Shown: piece after piece, positions 11,801 to 26,100 of the stretch | Position numbering within the stretch: position 1 is the stretch's first letter | Layout of the letters: every line of letters starts with the position of its first letter | DNA from: Channa argus | Taxonomy: Eukaryota | Assembly (NCBI RefSeq): GCF_033026475.1 | Contig: NC_090210.1 | Location: forward strand, 20,123,894 to 20,187,893 | Direction: 5' to 3' | DNA: 64,000 nucleotides | The notes under the pieces: model-generated | Database searches by the model: none | Told to the model about the DNA's origin: nothing | What the model saw: only the letters and a program-made list of their open reading frames with translations | Position numbers and translations under genes: made by a program

Positions 11801-14800
11801 TCAGGGCTGAAAGCTAGACAGGTGACTCCTCCACTGTGACCCCTCAGCAACGCATGTGGCTCCACTGAGGTGTCGAGGGCCAGATCGCTCAACAACCACA
11901 AAGCAATAGTGAAGTCATCTGAATCAAAAGATAAATACAGAGGTTCAAATTATCTAAATCTATCAGAAATTCAGATAAGGTGATTGGCTATCTGGGAAAT
12001 AGTTTGTGTTGTCTTAAAGCTCCCTGTAAAACACCAGATTTTTTGTTTATTACCAGTTACACATACCTGAACCTGTGGCCAGGTAAGTAGAGTTTTGTGC
12101 CAGTACCAGGATGGTGCCTAGTTGCACACCAAACATTTTCAGCATTTCCAGACCCCCCAACTTTCCTTCCTCTTCTTTTCTCTTCCAGACCCTCAGTTTT
12201 TTGTCTCCAGACACCAGCAGATCAAGTTCAGTCTGCTCTGCATCCATAACAACCCACAGCAGACACAGTATGGATGTGTCAAGGTCGCTGGACGCCCAAA
12301 TCTTCTCCCCTAACATTAAAATGTTGAAAGTTAAGATTCTGTAACCACAACCCATTTAGCTGACATCCATACCACCCTACCTGTTTTGCAAAGTGTCTTC
12401 CAGGGATAAAGTTCGATAAATATGATATATACACACCTGAATCAAGACTGAAGAGCGTGATGCCTTTGCCATGGTATCCCACAGCAGCATAGTCTCCATT
12501 CACGGCCACACAAAGTGCAGCAGGTCCAGAATATATGGACTTCAGTTTCTTCTGAGGAGGCTCCTGCTCACACTATAAATAAATAAAAATAAAATTTCAG
12601 TATGTTGAAAATACCTGGTCATTTTAAAAAATATTACATCAAGTTATACTGTAATAAAACTTTCTTCACAATATATAATTGTTATGACCAACAGCTAGTT
12701 TTGGAATCATTTCAACAAATCTTGCACATTATAACAAAATACAGTATTTCTTTACAAAATGACATTTTATTTTCAATCTGTTTACACAGTCTACAACAAG
12801 ACAAAAATGCCAATGACAGGAATGCAGGATGTAAATGAAACAGAAAAGATAAATAAGAGCTTACGTCTTCACTTTTGAATGCAGTGACCGAGCGCCCAAG
12901 TCCTCCTGACCAGAGCTGCAGCTGTTTTACAGGAAAACATTACACTGATAATAAATATGCCAGTAAGTTCAAGGAAATTGTTTGAACTAGTCTAAAAAAT
13001 AAAGAAATAACATTAGTATGATCCCGTGTGTAATTTTCTAAACTGTCTAGCCTCACCCTGTGATCAGCACCAGCGCTGAGCAGCATGGCTCCTTCATCCA
13101 GGAAGGTGAGGGCTTCTGTAGCTCCACAGTGAGCCTGGAAACATCCCACACAGGTGGAGGTGGGCACTGACCACACCCTGACCTCTCCAGATACGGAGCC
13201 AGAGCAGAGCATGGAGGAGGAGGAAGAGAAGCAGAGACTGCGCACTGAGCGCTGATGACCACGCAGAGACTGAGGGAACAGATAGATGAGAAGTAAAACA
13301 TTAATTTTTCCAAAACATCCATATTAAATTGGGACACAACATTTAAAACTGTTGTTTAGGTTTTCTCTCTGTCTGAACTGTGCATTTTCAGTGATTAAAA
13401 AATAAAAGATTGCTTGCTACAGCTGCTTAAATAAGACATTATAAGACATAATTTACACTGTGACCAAATAAATGTATAAACACGTGTAATATTGAGAAAT
13501 TCCTTTAAAGGTTTCAATTCTCTAATTTCCTTGTATTTATTTTCCTTCCTTATGGTTTTAAAATCAATGCTTTTAAAATGAAATAATCAATATTAAACCA
13601 ACTCCCTATCCCCATAAACATGTCCGCTTTTGTCCTCTCTGTAACTCACTGGTAAGGTTTTATTCTGGAGCCAGTTCCACACGATCACATTTCCATCCCA
13701 GCAGCCAGCAGCCAGCAGATGACCTTCAGGGTCAAAGTTCACACAGTTCAATGGGCTGGAGCTGGGCAACGCTGCTACTTCATGACCCTTGGAAGAGGAC
13801 CAGACCTGCAGAGCAGAAAACAGTAAGCCAAAATAATTAACTCTAGGTAACACAGACTAGATGGATTTATAATAGTTGGCAGGATAACTTGGAGTGAATT
13901 TTGAACTTTAATTTAATTTAATTTAATTAGTTTTCTGACAAAAACTTTCCAGACTGTACAGATCAAATTCTAAATGAGATAATATTTTCCAAGAAATGGT
14001 AACATTTGGTAAAATGTTCTATTGTGAATAAAATATGGGTTGATGAGATTTGCAAATCATTGAATTCAATTGAATTTTTTTACTTCCACAACAAACTGCC
14101 TGCACCAGGGATGATTTAGAAGAGTTACTTAAAAGGTGATGAACCCTGTAGCAATCAGTCGGCCATGATTCAATGCTTTATAAAAGAAATGTTGGAAACT
14201 TCCTAGAAGGGTGAATAGTTTGTATAGGGACTGTACTGAAATATCAGACAGTATAAGAAACAGAGAAAAAGAAATGTAACTAACAAATGTCTCCGATTTT
14301 GCAAACGAAAGGACAAATGCAAATAAACAAATGAAAATAACTAAAAAAGCGTAACAGGATTTCTTTGAGACCAACTTTTAACATGAGGTCAAGCGAAACA
14401 GTTGCAAGATGCTTCTGGTCTGCAGTGATATCACTTGCTGTTATCACATTGGTGTGGCCATCAATAAGAGCAGTCCTGCAACAAGGACACAAACTTTAAA
14501 CAACCTGTGCGATACCTCAACAGGATTATGGGATTGTTACAATCTCAGGCATTTTGCAAATTCTCCTTGAAACACTTCTTTTACCTGCAGCCATTCTTGA
14601 TGTCCCAGATCTCTATTCGTCCATCAAAGGAGGTGGTAGCAAGATGGTTGTCCTTCAGAAAGACGCAGCTTGAGATGCCGTCACAACTGCTTTCCAGCGA
14701 CTTCACCTCCTGCTCACAGTTGGGAAAACATTTATATTAGATCTTTTTTGCAGTTTTTTCATTGCCGTCATTTTCTCACGTCCAACACTAACAATGTGTT

Positions 14801-17800
14801 TATCCATCTGATGATTGTCATCAGAAGCAGAAAGATAGAGAAACTCCCCAGCAGAGATTTCTCGTGGACACATGATTTGATCATGTAACCATGTTCCTAC
14901 TCTAGTTTTTATATATGAGCATAAAAAAAGACTTTGGGGAGGAAAGTGCCATGAAGACATGCAGCAGAATACATTGTAAGACAAAGTCCAAATACATGAA
15001 GAATCTGCATTGGCACAAGGGTTTTATAGAACCATGGTTACTGCAATACATGTAAACACGTTTTCAGATTCTCAGTGTAACCATATTTTTTGTGTGAATC
15101 CAAATTTAGTGAATGTGAACTGAAAATTAATGTGTCAACAAGTTAAGTCCAGTCAAGATTGCTACTCATTAAAATCCCCAAAATACCACCAGCCATTTAA
15201 TAAGTAATAGGAATTATTATAAATATATTAATAGAATATTAATACACTTAATATGTCTATTACAAAATATTGGCAATATGGCTAATAAATATTTGTCAGA
15301 ATAAACACAAAAAGCGTGTTTATACCCGTCCAGTTTGTGTGTTGAAGAAATGCAGTGTTCCCTGTCCAGTACCAACTACCATCAGCTCTCCATCCGAGCT
15401 CAGGACCACACAGGTTGGTTCAGAGGAGAAAACTGCCACAAGTTCGCTGTGAGAGTCCATGCAAGATTATTGACACATTATTATTCAGTCAATATCTAAT
15501 GAAACACAAAATTAAATCAAACGCTAAACCCACAAAGCTAAAAAGAAAAAAAAAATCATCTAAACGTTACATTTGTTACAGCTGAGTTAACACAAAAACA
15601 AGCAGCTCTTTTAACCACACTGAAGATAATCCGCTCACCTGGTCTCTTGAACAATGGGACGGTCATTGTTTTTCCACTCAACTACCTGGATGCCACCTTT
15701 TCCCACAAGGCATTGTGCCCACTTGTGAGCAGAGGTCTCTGGAAGCTCGTTGAGGGCCTGCTGAATAAACAGGGCCGGCCAGGAGGAGAGCAGAAGGGCA
15801 TGGTGCTGCAAGAAACCACGACAATCCTCCAGTTTGTCCTGGAAGCCAGCTGTGTGGGCAAAGACAAACTGGCATGAGAGAATAATACCAGCCATTTAGA
15901 AAAAAGGTGGGATGCTATGGAAATGTAAATAAAAACAGGACAAATTATATAAAACTTCTTTTTTAATTTTAAACAGTTCAAAGACAACGTCGAATTCAGA
16001 ATAGGCTTTTCAATTTCATACCTCCATTTATTGACTTGTCTTTGTACAATTTTCAATCAGATAGGTTTTAAATAATTTGAAAATTGTGCCATTCTGTTTT
16101 ATTTATGCATTATGCAAAGCCCTAACACTATAGAAAACAGGGTTGTAAATTATACTAAGAATTTGTGAGTCAAATATTTTAGAGCACTTACTTAAGGGTG
16201 CAGAATTGTGCTTCTGATCTGCAAAAAAGGTAGAAACATCCGAATTTCTTATTTTACTCCTGCATTAGTTCCAACTTCATATAGTTGCACACAAGCAATT
16301 ATGTAAAAGTCTAGGAAATTATCTAAAAACTGGCCGATTCTCAACTGTGATTGGGTGCAAAAGTTTCTTAACTATGAAATGGCAAAAAAAAAAGACACAA
16401 CAGAGAATTTCGGCTAGGATGAGTTTGCATCAATTTATTTTGGAACGTAGGGGGATGCAGCTTTAACCCTAACCCTCCTAATATACAGTAATAATAATGC
16501 ACATTGAACTAGTGTGAATGTTGCAGAAGAGACAAAAATGGTCATGGAGTATATAAAAAGTTAGAGTAAAACACTGAAAATTATGCATACTAACCATACA
16601 AACTGTAGGTGTCCAGGAGGTGGTGCAGGAGTCCATGGCGCACATTAGCATACAGGAAATAATAGCTGGACAGCAAGGATTGAAGCGCCTCTACTTGGTC
16701 ACTTTGAATCTAACAGAAAGACAGAAAATGAAGTCACGCCAACTGCAAGCACGAGAGGATGACAGCACAGTTCACAGCAGAATGTGACCGGAGGTGAGAG
16801 TCTACCGAGAGATTTCAAAGCAGGATATTTAACAATATGCAAACCACAGTACTTGGTTTTTGAATGATCTAAACTCACATTGTTAGAACTCGTTCTATGT
16901 ATATTTATTTATTCACTTACCTTTAACTGTTGGAATACAGATTTATCGGTTTATAATAAACGACAAATACATAGAAACACATATATGATTTAGCCTGTTA
17001 ATAGGTTCTAAAAGAATACTGTAACAGGTGGTGATGAATGATTACTAACCAAGCTGGAAGGCAGGTTCTTAACAGAGTTGGCCTCACAGTGAAGGAAGGT
17101 ATCTGTTCCCTGGAGGTCCCCCATCGCCCACAGATGAGCTATAGAGACAGACAAATTATGCAACGTGCTGCAGTAACTTAAACTTAGTATATTAGAGGTA
17201 AAGATTGTGTGAAGGGTTACCTGCTAGTATGAGGTGAGCCCTGGTTCTGTCACTTTCTGCTGGTAGGAGAAAGTCCTCAAAGGCCCGTTTTACCTCCGGA
17301 TTGGTTAGAACCACCAAGTCATCAGTGTTGCGGCAATGAGATGAACCAGCCAGACTGCAAAAAAGGATTCAGTAAGGTTTAATGTTTATGTGGGTTCTTG
17401 TCTATAATTTTTCCTCACACCTCTTTTCACTGCATCTCAACTGAATTCACCCAAAAACATATTATAAAATAATTTATTAAAAACATACTGTGAAGCAAAA
17501 CAAGTCATAAGACCTCTCAAATAAAAATGTAGCCACTTTACTGCCTATTACAGGAGAATTATAGTTACAAGCTCTAACTATTTGGAGTTAGGAGACATCT
17601 TCCTGACATCAATGCATCTTGGATTTCATACGAGATTCATACCTTTGTAAATTCTGAACTATACGGGTGAAAGTTGCCATGGGAACACGTCCTTCAGGCT
17701 TCCTGGACAAGCGCAGCGCTTCCTGCCATGACACACGTCCCTCCCGTGAGGACAGGTCATTGCATGTGTTTAGCACAGAGTACAAGTCTCTCTCCCTCAG

Positions 17801-20137
17801 GCCTGTGAGAGATTGTTGAGCCAGCCGTAGTTAGTTCAGCACTTTAAATCAGGTGATTTGTTTTGTTTGTAGAAAAACCTTTTTGGAGAACTCACACCAT
17901 AGCCTCTCCTGCACCTCTCATCGCTAAGCTGAGGTTAATAAACCTTGTAAAAGTTATGTCAATTACTGTATTTCTGAACTACAACATAATGTGTTAAACA
18001 CTTCACGAACAAAATCTGCTACACTGCAAAGCTTTAAAATAGCTAAAAAGTTGAGCATAAAATTCTCAACTAATCTTACCGGTGGTGCTGACAGTGAGCA
18101 CTGCCAGGGCCCAGCGGAGTCCCGGCATGTCCCTGTACTGTGAGCACAGTCTGTCCAGGCTGTACTGCACCAACTGGCTCAGAGACTGAGGCAATTCTTG
18201 GAGGTTTTCCTTCAACTGAGACACAAAGATAAAGTCAGGGTGTTTTCAGGGGGGATCTAATGTTCTGAGAAACAGCCCCATAATTATACAAAAGGTAACA
18301 AAAGCCAATAACAATTTGTATCAAGAGTCCACAGACATAACAGATACTAATGGATAAAAAGGTTGATATGACTGCATATAACATAGTGAGTATTCAAAGA
18401 AGAATCTTTTAAGAAGAATCTTTTATCATTTCATTCATAAAATTGTATTCTATTCTGCATTGCTAATCAATATTGCTTCTTCACTGGAGTTAAATTATAG
18501 TATCCACATCCACAATGAAAGAGGGAAAGAAATAAAATTAGTAATATCTCTTTGAAAGTGGCTAAAAAAAAATACATCTGACCTTATCAAATGAGGCAAA
18601 GTTCCTCAGGTCTTCACAGGCCAGGTGCAGGTAGAGGGGACTCACTGCACCATTTTTCATTATCAGTGTCTGGAGCTGGACAAACAATATGACAGTGTTA
18701 CATAAGCCAAGTTATATAAATCGCAAAAAAAAACAAAAACTGATGTCTATAGTGCAGAAGAACCTGGTTATTGAATGCAGAGTCACTTAGTTTCTTCCCG
18801 AACGTGTCCAGTCCCTTTTGAACCATCTCCTTTCGGTCAGACATGGTGAGCTGTCCCAGGGTAAACAGGACAGTGCCTCTCTTCTTAGCCAGGGTTTGTA
18901 AGAGAGCGGCCTTAGATGTGATGCTCACTACCAAACACACACCCTGAAGAAAATAAGAGAAACCAACATTTACTATGTTGTCTTGCACAAGTCCTCACCG
19001 GTGGGTTACACCTTTTTGTACTGTCATTGATGAATGAAGTCATAATCAGAGAAGACATAAATTGCGATTATTCTATGATTTTTTTAGTTTGGTGTACCTA
19101 ATAAACTGACTACAGACTAATAATGTTCTGTAAAATAGAAAAGTCACACTGACCCAACATCTCCCTAAACTAAAATTTTAACTCTTTAAAATAAAATAGT
19201 TCTGACATTATTGTCTGACTGGTTTGGTATCAAATGGCAAGAATTGTTTTCAATACTTGATAGGAAAAAAAAAGCAGTTGGGTCGATCGACGAGCTAACA
19301 GCATAATGAAATCGTTTTTGTATAAGGCAGACTGTGACAGAACTCAGGTCTGTCTGGGTGGCCGACCTGTGGAAGTTGCTGTGGTATCCAGTCAGAGCTG
19401 AGCTGACCTCGGCCATCTTGGACAAGATCCACCCCATCAACTAGCAGAACCAGAGGTTTGTCCTTTTTCATGCCACTTAATGTGGAATGAAATTCTGAAA
19501 GTAACTCTCTGATAAGTGAAAAACATCTTGTTAGATTACAGAAAATTTAACGTACCTGTAAGTATTAACTAATTGTAAGAAAATAGAAATTACTTGAAAG
19601 AGTGGGGGAGAGGTGATTCCTTTCCAGCATCTTTTATCTTCCTGAACCACTGAACGAAGCAGCGAAGAAGGTTCCCCACAGAGCGAGCTGACTGGCTGGC
19701 AGCTGCAGAGTATGAGATGACATCACAAACCAGGTTTCTCTTCGACTTGACTCCAGTCCTGAGGGCGTCTGCCAGAGCGGCCTGAGTGAAGAGATACCAT
19801 AAATACGGGTAGTTTAACATTTTTCCTTACCCAGGATTTTTGTTAAATGTTGTCCTTTCAAAGGTTTATGAGGCTGAAAAATACGTATAAGGAAATCAAA
19901 TCTGAACTAAAGCTTTTTAGATAATACTTCACTGATCCCCTGAACAGGAAATTTAGGTGCCACAGCAGTAAAAATGACATAAGAGATTAAAATGATCAAA
20001 ACAGAACAAATTTACAATATAGTGCAAAGACATTTCTATAATCATGTTGGCCCTGAAATAGACGGACAGCCTGGCCAGAGTGTACACGGTCTAAATCCCA
20101 GTGACACACTGAAACCCTAAAAAGGATAAGTGGTACG

Positions 20138-20168
<31 letters not shown>

Positions 20169-23100
20169 TTACTACTACTACTACTACTACTACTACTAAT
20201 AATAATAATAATAGCAATAGACAAGTAGGGCGTTGAGATAAAGTAGATAAATTGAGTAAGTCACTGAGAAGCAATAACTACACCAAACTGACAGGTGCCT
20301 TTAAGCAAAGCAATCAGTCAAATCAGTCTGCAATCGGAATTTTGCTTGGAGTGAGCAGCTGGAGACCATCCAGTTTTACAACCCCAATTCCAAAAAGACG
20401 GGAAGATGTGTCCAACAATAGAACACAAACAACATATCAGATGTTGAAAGTGAGACATTTTTAACCATTTCATTGAAAATATGAGCTCATTTTGAATTTC
20501 ATGGCAGCAAAACATGTCAAACAAGTTGGAAGAGGGGCAACAAAAGGCTGGAAAAGTAAGTGCCACAGAATATTTTCCATTAAATGTTAAAATGTTTCAG
20601 TTTCAACATCTGATATGTTGTCTATTTTCTATGGTGAATAAAATATGGGTTAATGAGATTTGTCATTGCATCTTGTTTTCACTTACGTTTTCACATCTTC
20701 CAAACTTTTTTTGGAAATTGGGTTGTAGTTCGGACTGTAGTTCTTTCATAACAAACGTTGTCCCAAATGCTTTTAATCATCGCAACTTTGTACAATGGTC
20801 TGAAAGAAGACAGTGAGTTGCACATGTGTGAGATCTCCATTGGAAAAATTATGATTCAGAGAATGTGGGGAATTATTTAAAAAATAATAATAATAATAAT
20901 AATTTTGGAATGATGAAATGCGTCACTGAAAGTTGCACTTTGTGTTGACTTTAGGGGAACCTCTTGTGGCATTAGCTGATTTTCACTAGGACAACTTACC
21001 ATGAAGACAGTTTTGCCCTCTCCAGGTCCTCCCTCCACCACCATCATGCCTCCTTTGCTCTGGACCTGCTCCACCATCTCCACAGCTCCAGAGAGCAGCT
21101 TCCCCCTACCGAAAAACTGTCTCTGCAGCGCCCCCTGGTGAACCTCCTGCTCAGTGACATCTGTTTCAGCCTCATCATCCTCCTGCCAGAAGAAGAACAA
21201 TAATGGCGTGACTGTAATTTAGGTAAAAGTAAACATAAAATGGACAAAGAAATGCACTTTCAAAGGAGACAAAGGAGATTAACCAAGTCATCAGAGACAC
21301 TAACTTCCACAAACTGCTGCACAGCCGTCCAAAGATCTTCCAGCACAGCCTTAGCAAAGACCTCCAGGTTTTTTAGATATGGCCTCCCATCCACAACACC
21401 TCCCCACTGACATGGGTAACTGGGACCAAAAATCCAAGAAAACAAACAAAACAAAAAAGGACTAGGGTTAGACTAGACTATGAATTTTGTTTTTTCATTT
21501 CAATATTTCAGAAATACATTTGTTATTACTCCTTAAATATATGTAGAAATAGTCTTTGGTTCCAGCTTTAATCCAAATAATGATATGAAAACCACAGCTT
21601 CACTGCTATTATGACTGACATGACTCACTTTTCAGTGACTTTAACATCACTGGCCCGGATAATGTTTTTCAGAGAGGTCATTTTTGACTCCGCCTCCTTT
21701 GATTCAGGAACAAAGTCTGATCTCCAGGCCACTGGAATTGATCTGAGAAATTTCAGAGGAAAGAAATTTAAACAAGTGCTGAATTTTTTTAGCTCTAAAA
21801 CCAGTCTAATAAAACCCACAAATATTAATATTTATTATAAAATTATATATTATATGCATTAAACAAAGTTATTTTACAATAATATTACTCACTTAAACAA
21901 AGGAAGAATAGAGGTAAGACTTTAAATTGTGGACAACATACTTGGTGACGTTTGGATCTCTGAAGTAGCAGAACATTTGTTGGTGTGCTGTGTCTGGGTA
22001 AAGAGCCTGAAACTGCCGGATCTCCATCTCTGTGATCGACAGACCTGGTGGAGCCGACGCCAGCTAAAACACAAAACAAACAACATCTTTTTTTCAAAAA
22101 AGTAAAAGATATTGATTAACGACTATCAAGTTATTTGCATTTGTTTCACATTTCTGTCATTGCCTCCTGGCAGTACATGAGAATCATTGCTTATTGCACA
22201 TTTAATTAATAACTAACTTTGGTCACCATATTTAAAGATGTGAAGAACAATGCAACCGCAATGGGACACAAGCTGGTGACCTAACGTGTAATGGGCAGTT
22301 TGTTATGGTCATAAATGTTAAATTTCACTCTCATGAGAAAAAGAAAAATATAGAGGTGTGTGTGCACGTGAATAATTTTCTTCTTGTGGAATGAACTCAT
22401 ATTATTCTTTAAGTCTTTACTTTTTGCTCATAATAAATGCATTAACATGATGTATTTAAACCGTACTCAGCACGTCTTCCACATCAAGTCTTACCCAGCT
22501 GTACTGTGGCAGATCCGGGAGAACAGGTCTGGGGGGCACCAGTCCATACCTCTCCCCCAGGATTCCTACCATCATCTGGCTGCGACAAACTTCTGACAGG
22601 CACAGCTCGGTGGCTCGGCCCGACTCCTCCTCTGTCACACCCCAACGCAGCTCCACCTCCTGCAGGTAGAGGGAGTGAGGTGCAGCGCGACGGCGAAGCT
22701 CTGGGAAGACGCTCCGCACCAACATGTCACGCTCGGCGTGCATGTCTCTGAAGGTGGAGGAGATGAAGACTCGCAAACCTCGCCATCTGAAGACAGAGGA
22801 AGGAGCTGATGATAGTGAGGAAAAGGCAGGAAAATGTCTTTTTCACAGAAAAATAACTAAAAGAAAAGTAAGTGTGAATATGACAATTGGAAATTTGCCT
22901 CCCAGGTTTCATATTCTACCACAGCACTTTTATATCTTTCTGAGCAATGGGGAAGTCACATGCTCCAGTGGCCATGAAATCTACTAAGGTACTTCAGACG
23001 ACAAGTACCATCACAGCTTTAGAATTTTGGTACCAACATGGAACCAAAGTAGTGGTGTGATTCAATAGGCTACGATTCGTTACAGCTACATTTTTAATAA

Positions 23101-26100
23101 TAGGTATTCAGTACAATTCAGGTGTTTGCATTGTCCACTGATGGAACCAAGTACATTTACACAAGTACAACAATTAGTTTTTCTAGTAGCTGTACTATTT
23201 TACTCAACTAACTCACTGAGAGCTATTGTACATTTTATTTCACTACATTTAATTAAGAGCTTTACTGTAGTTACTTAATAAATCAACTAATAAGTTATAA
23301 TCCAACATTATGGATTATGGATTAATCACCTGTAAGAATATCTATCTATGTACTGGCTGTTGTAACATAAGAAATTACAGCTGTAAAGTATGAGATGACA
23401 AAATACTTAACTTCAACCTATGATAGGGGATTGGATCCTGCACAAACACAATTTTCTACCAAAGTTTGAACAGTGAGTCGTTTTTGTCCCCTGTCAATTC
23501 AATCTCATCAAATTAAATAGACACAGTCCTGATTGAGCTTTAAGGGATAAAATCTATATTACTTAATAATGTCTAAACATGTTTTTATCTATTAATCTTA
23601 TAAAAAATATATATTTGAACGGGGGTCAGGATGCAGCGGGTCGCAGGCTCGAATCCCACCCCACCAGGTGTGGCTTTGCTCATATCATCTTAAACCCAGA
23701 TAAAATGGGAGGGTTGCGGCAGGAAGAGCAGGGATTTTTGTAAAAATCACCTTAATTTTGGGCTGACTGGTACTGAGGTGACACTGTTTATCATCTGAGG
23801 ATCTTTGGCTCCCTCTGGTGGCCGGATGTTGTACACTTTGTCCAAATGGTCCACATGGTCCAGCAGCCTGGAAGATCCCCGTTCTGCCACAAATCTAATC
23901 ACATAATAAATTAAATATTAAAGGTTTAAATAAATATACATTTAGTGGCTTTCTTAAGAGTAACATGCAAAAAGTTTACAGTCTTTAGCACATTAAGCTA
24001 AACTAAGAGAGACAAGAATACTATCAAAATAATATACACAATGGATAAAAACTATTGTTTGGTATAGTAAATAAGTTTGCTTTACATTTTCATTGGGTTT
24101 AACATTTCTTCCCTTCACAAGTGAAAAGCTGTCAGATTGATATTTTACCTCAGGATTTGCTCACTGAAGCCAGCCAGTTTCACACAGTTCCTGTCACTGG
24201 GGTATTCTGGCTCACTGTGGCGAGGGATGGAAACAGTACATGCAAGACATGAGGAAAAACAGACAATTTTGTTTGTGGCAATAAATACTGTGGGTCTACC
24301 GTTCTGATCATGCTTGCAATTTTGCAGCCAACATTGGAAATACGTTGTCATACTTAAAAATAAGAAAAAAAGAAAGTTCTCCCAACTAACGTTATCAAAA
24401 TAATTTGCCAAGCACACCCTGTAAATCATGCAAAAAGTAAATTAATACTTTCCAAAACACCTCTATAGCAGAAAAATAATTACCAATTTGACAAGAAGAG
24501 TTGCACAACAAGGCTTTTGTTGTTTATTTCTTTCTTGTAGCTACTTATGGCCCATTCAATAGTACGGCTGATGTAACTGTCAGTCACCAAAATGATGTTG
24601 TCCACCTGAGATTAAAAAAAAAAAAAAATAGCATAAAAGCTCAAAACTCACAAACAAGCACCTGGTAGGACAGAGTTGTCATTGCTACAGAGCAGTTCTG
24701 TTAAATAGCACTAATAGAGATCATCATAGCCAAAAATAACTTTTTTCAAGATAATCCTTTGTTCAGTGTGGTTAAATTGACAAAGTTCGTTTGTTACTAA
24801 CAGACCAACACAAACTTATTTTGTGCAGTGTTTTATATTTTTGTCAAAGTGGGCTGTGAGGTAAAGCCTCTACACTGCATTACTGTACAATCGATTCACA
24901 TGACTGTCTACTTTGAAACAGTTCTGCTTTTGTTATTACTTTACTGGTGCTTGTATGACGAAGCAGAGCTTCAAGCATCATTAACAAACCCAGAACAAAC
25001 CTTATTTACACGGCCAGGTGCACATGGCAGGACAAATCAAAAATACACTGGCCGTTCAGACCTGAGAGGTTTTGACAATGTCCAAGTTGAAAAGTTTTAC
25101 ATATTCCCACCTCTGCTTCAGCTCAATAAAGTTCATTATAAAATGTGATTTATTTTAGGGTTTCAATGCTCGGTTTCCATTTCCATCACTTGTGGGAACA
25201 GTTCAAGCTCAAAAATGAAACACATACTGCTTTTGCCTGATCCTCAAATGTTTTTGGTTTTTTTTTTTGTCCTTTCGGCTTATCCCGTGAGTTCAGGGTC
25301 ACCACAGTGGATCATTGTCCACATGTTGATTTGGTACAGTATTTACACCGGATGCTCTTCCTGACACAACCCTCCCCAATTTCTACCGGGCTTGGACCAG
25401 CACTGCACAGCTGGGGAGGAGAAGTGGCTGTTAGGGGTTCAGTGTCTTGCCCAGAGATACTTCAACATATAGCCGGGACCGGGGATCGAACTAGGACAAC
25501 TGCCTTACAAACTGAGCTACAGCTGCCCCTACACTACACTACACTACTAGGAGTAATGTGACGTGCTTTTGCTATAACCTAAAAAAAACACATCTTCAAA
25601 AGACATGTGCCTCATCTGATCCGTTGTGATCAGATTGTTTTTTATTAAATCAGAAATAGAATATTCTCCTCGCTCTTATTTCTGCTATTAGCTCCTTGCA
25701 ACAAGGTTGCCTTCTCACTGGATTAGCCCAAAGCATCAGTCCCCTGACTTTACGACTGTGTGCGCTGCCAAAACCCCTGTGAGGTAATTCTATGTTTTCT
25801 TGCTTGCTGTATATGTGATAGGGGGCAAGTAAATGATTTTTAAGATAACGTACTTGTAAAAATGAATTAACTACAGTATGTACAAATACACTAACCTTGT
25901 TTTGCTTGGTGAATATTCTGGGCAAGTCATTCTCTTCACGTGACCATTCCTGTAAAAGAGAAGCACTTATTTATAAAAATCCAATAACACAGATGGTTTT
26001 CTACCAGTATTCTACCAGTATAATTTGGCTAGTTTCATCCTTTGCACATTGACATTGTTTACATTCAAAGTTCTTAAATAGAATCACTTCTGGAAGTGAT

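Noticed and set aside
12111-12344. Plus-strand ORFs 12111..12344 and 12122..12313 overlapping tep1 exon 40
   Set aside because: They are antisense to a well-supported WD40 exon and have low-complexity translations (..FLFFSLPDPQFF..), so they are not coding.
16455-16472. Telomere-like hexamers (aaccctaaccctcc) in a tep1 intron, tempting given the telomerase association
   Set aside because: Only two imperfect units; this is expected by chance in 64 kb and there is no interstitial telomeric array.
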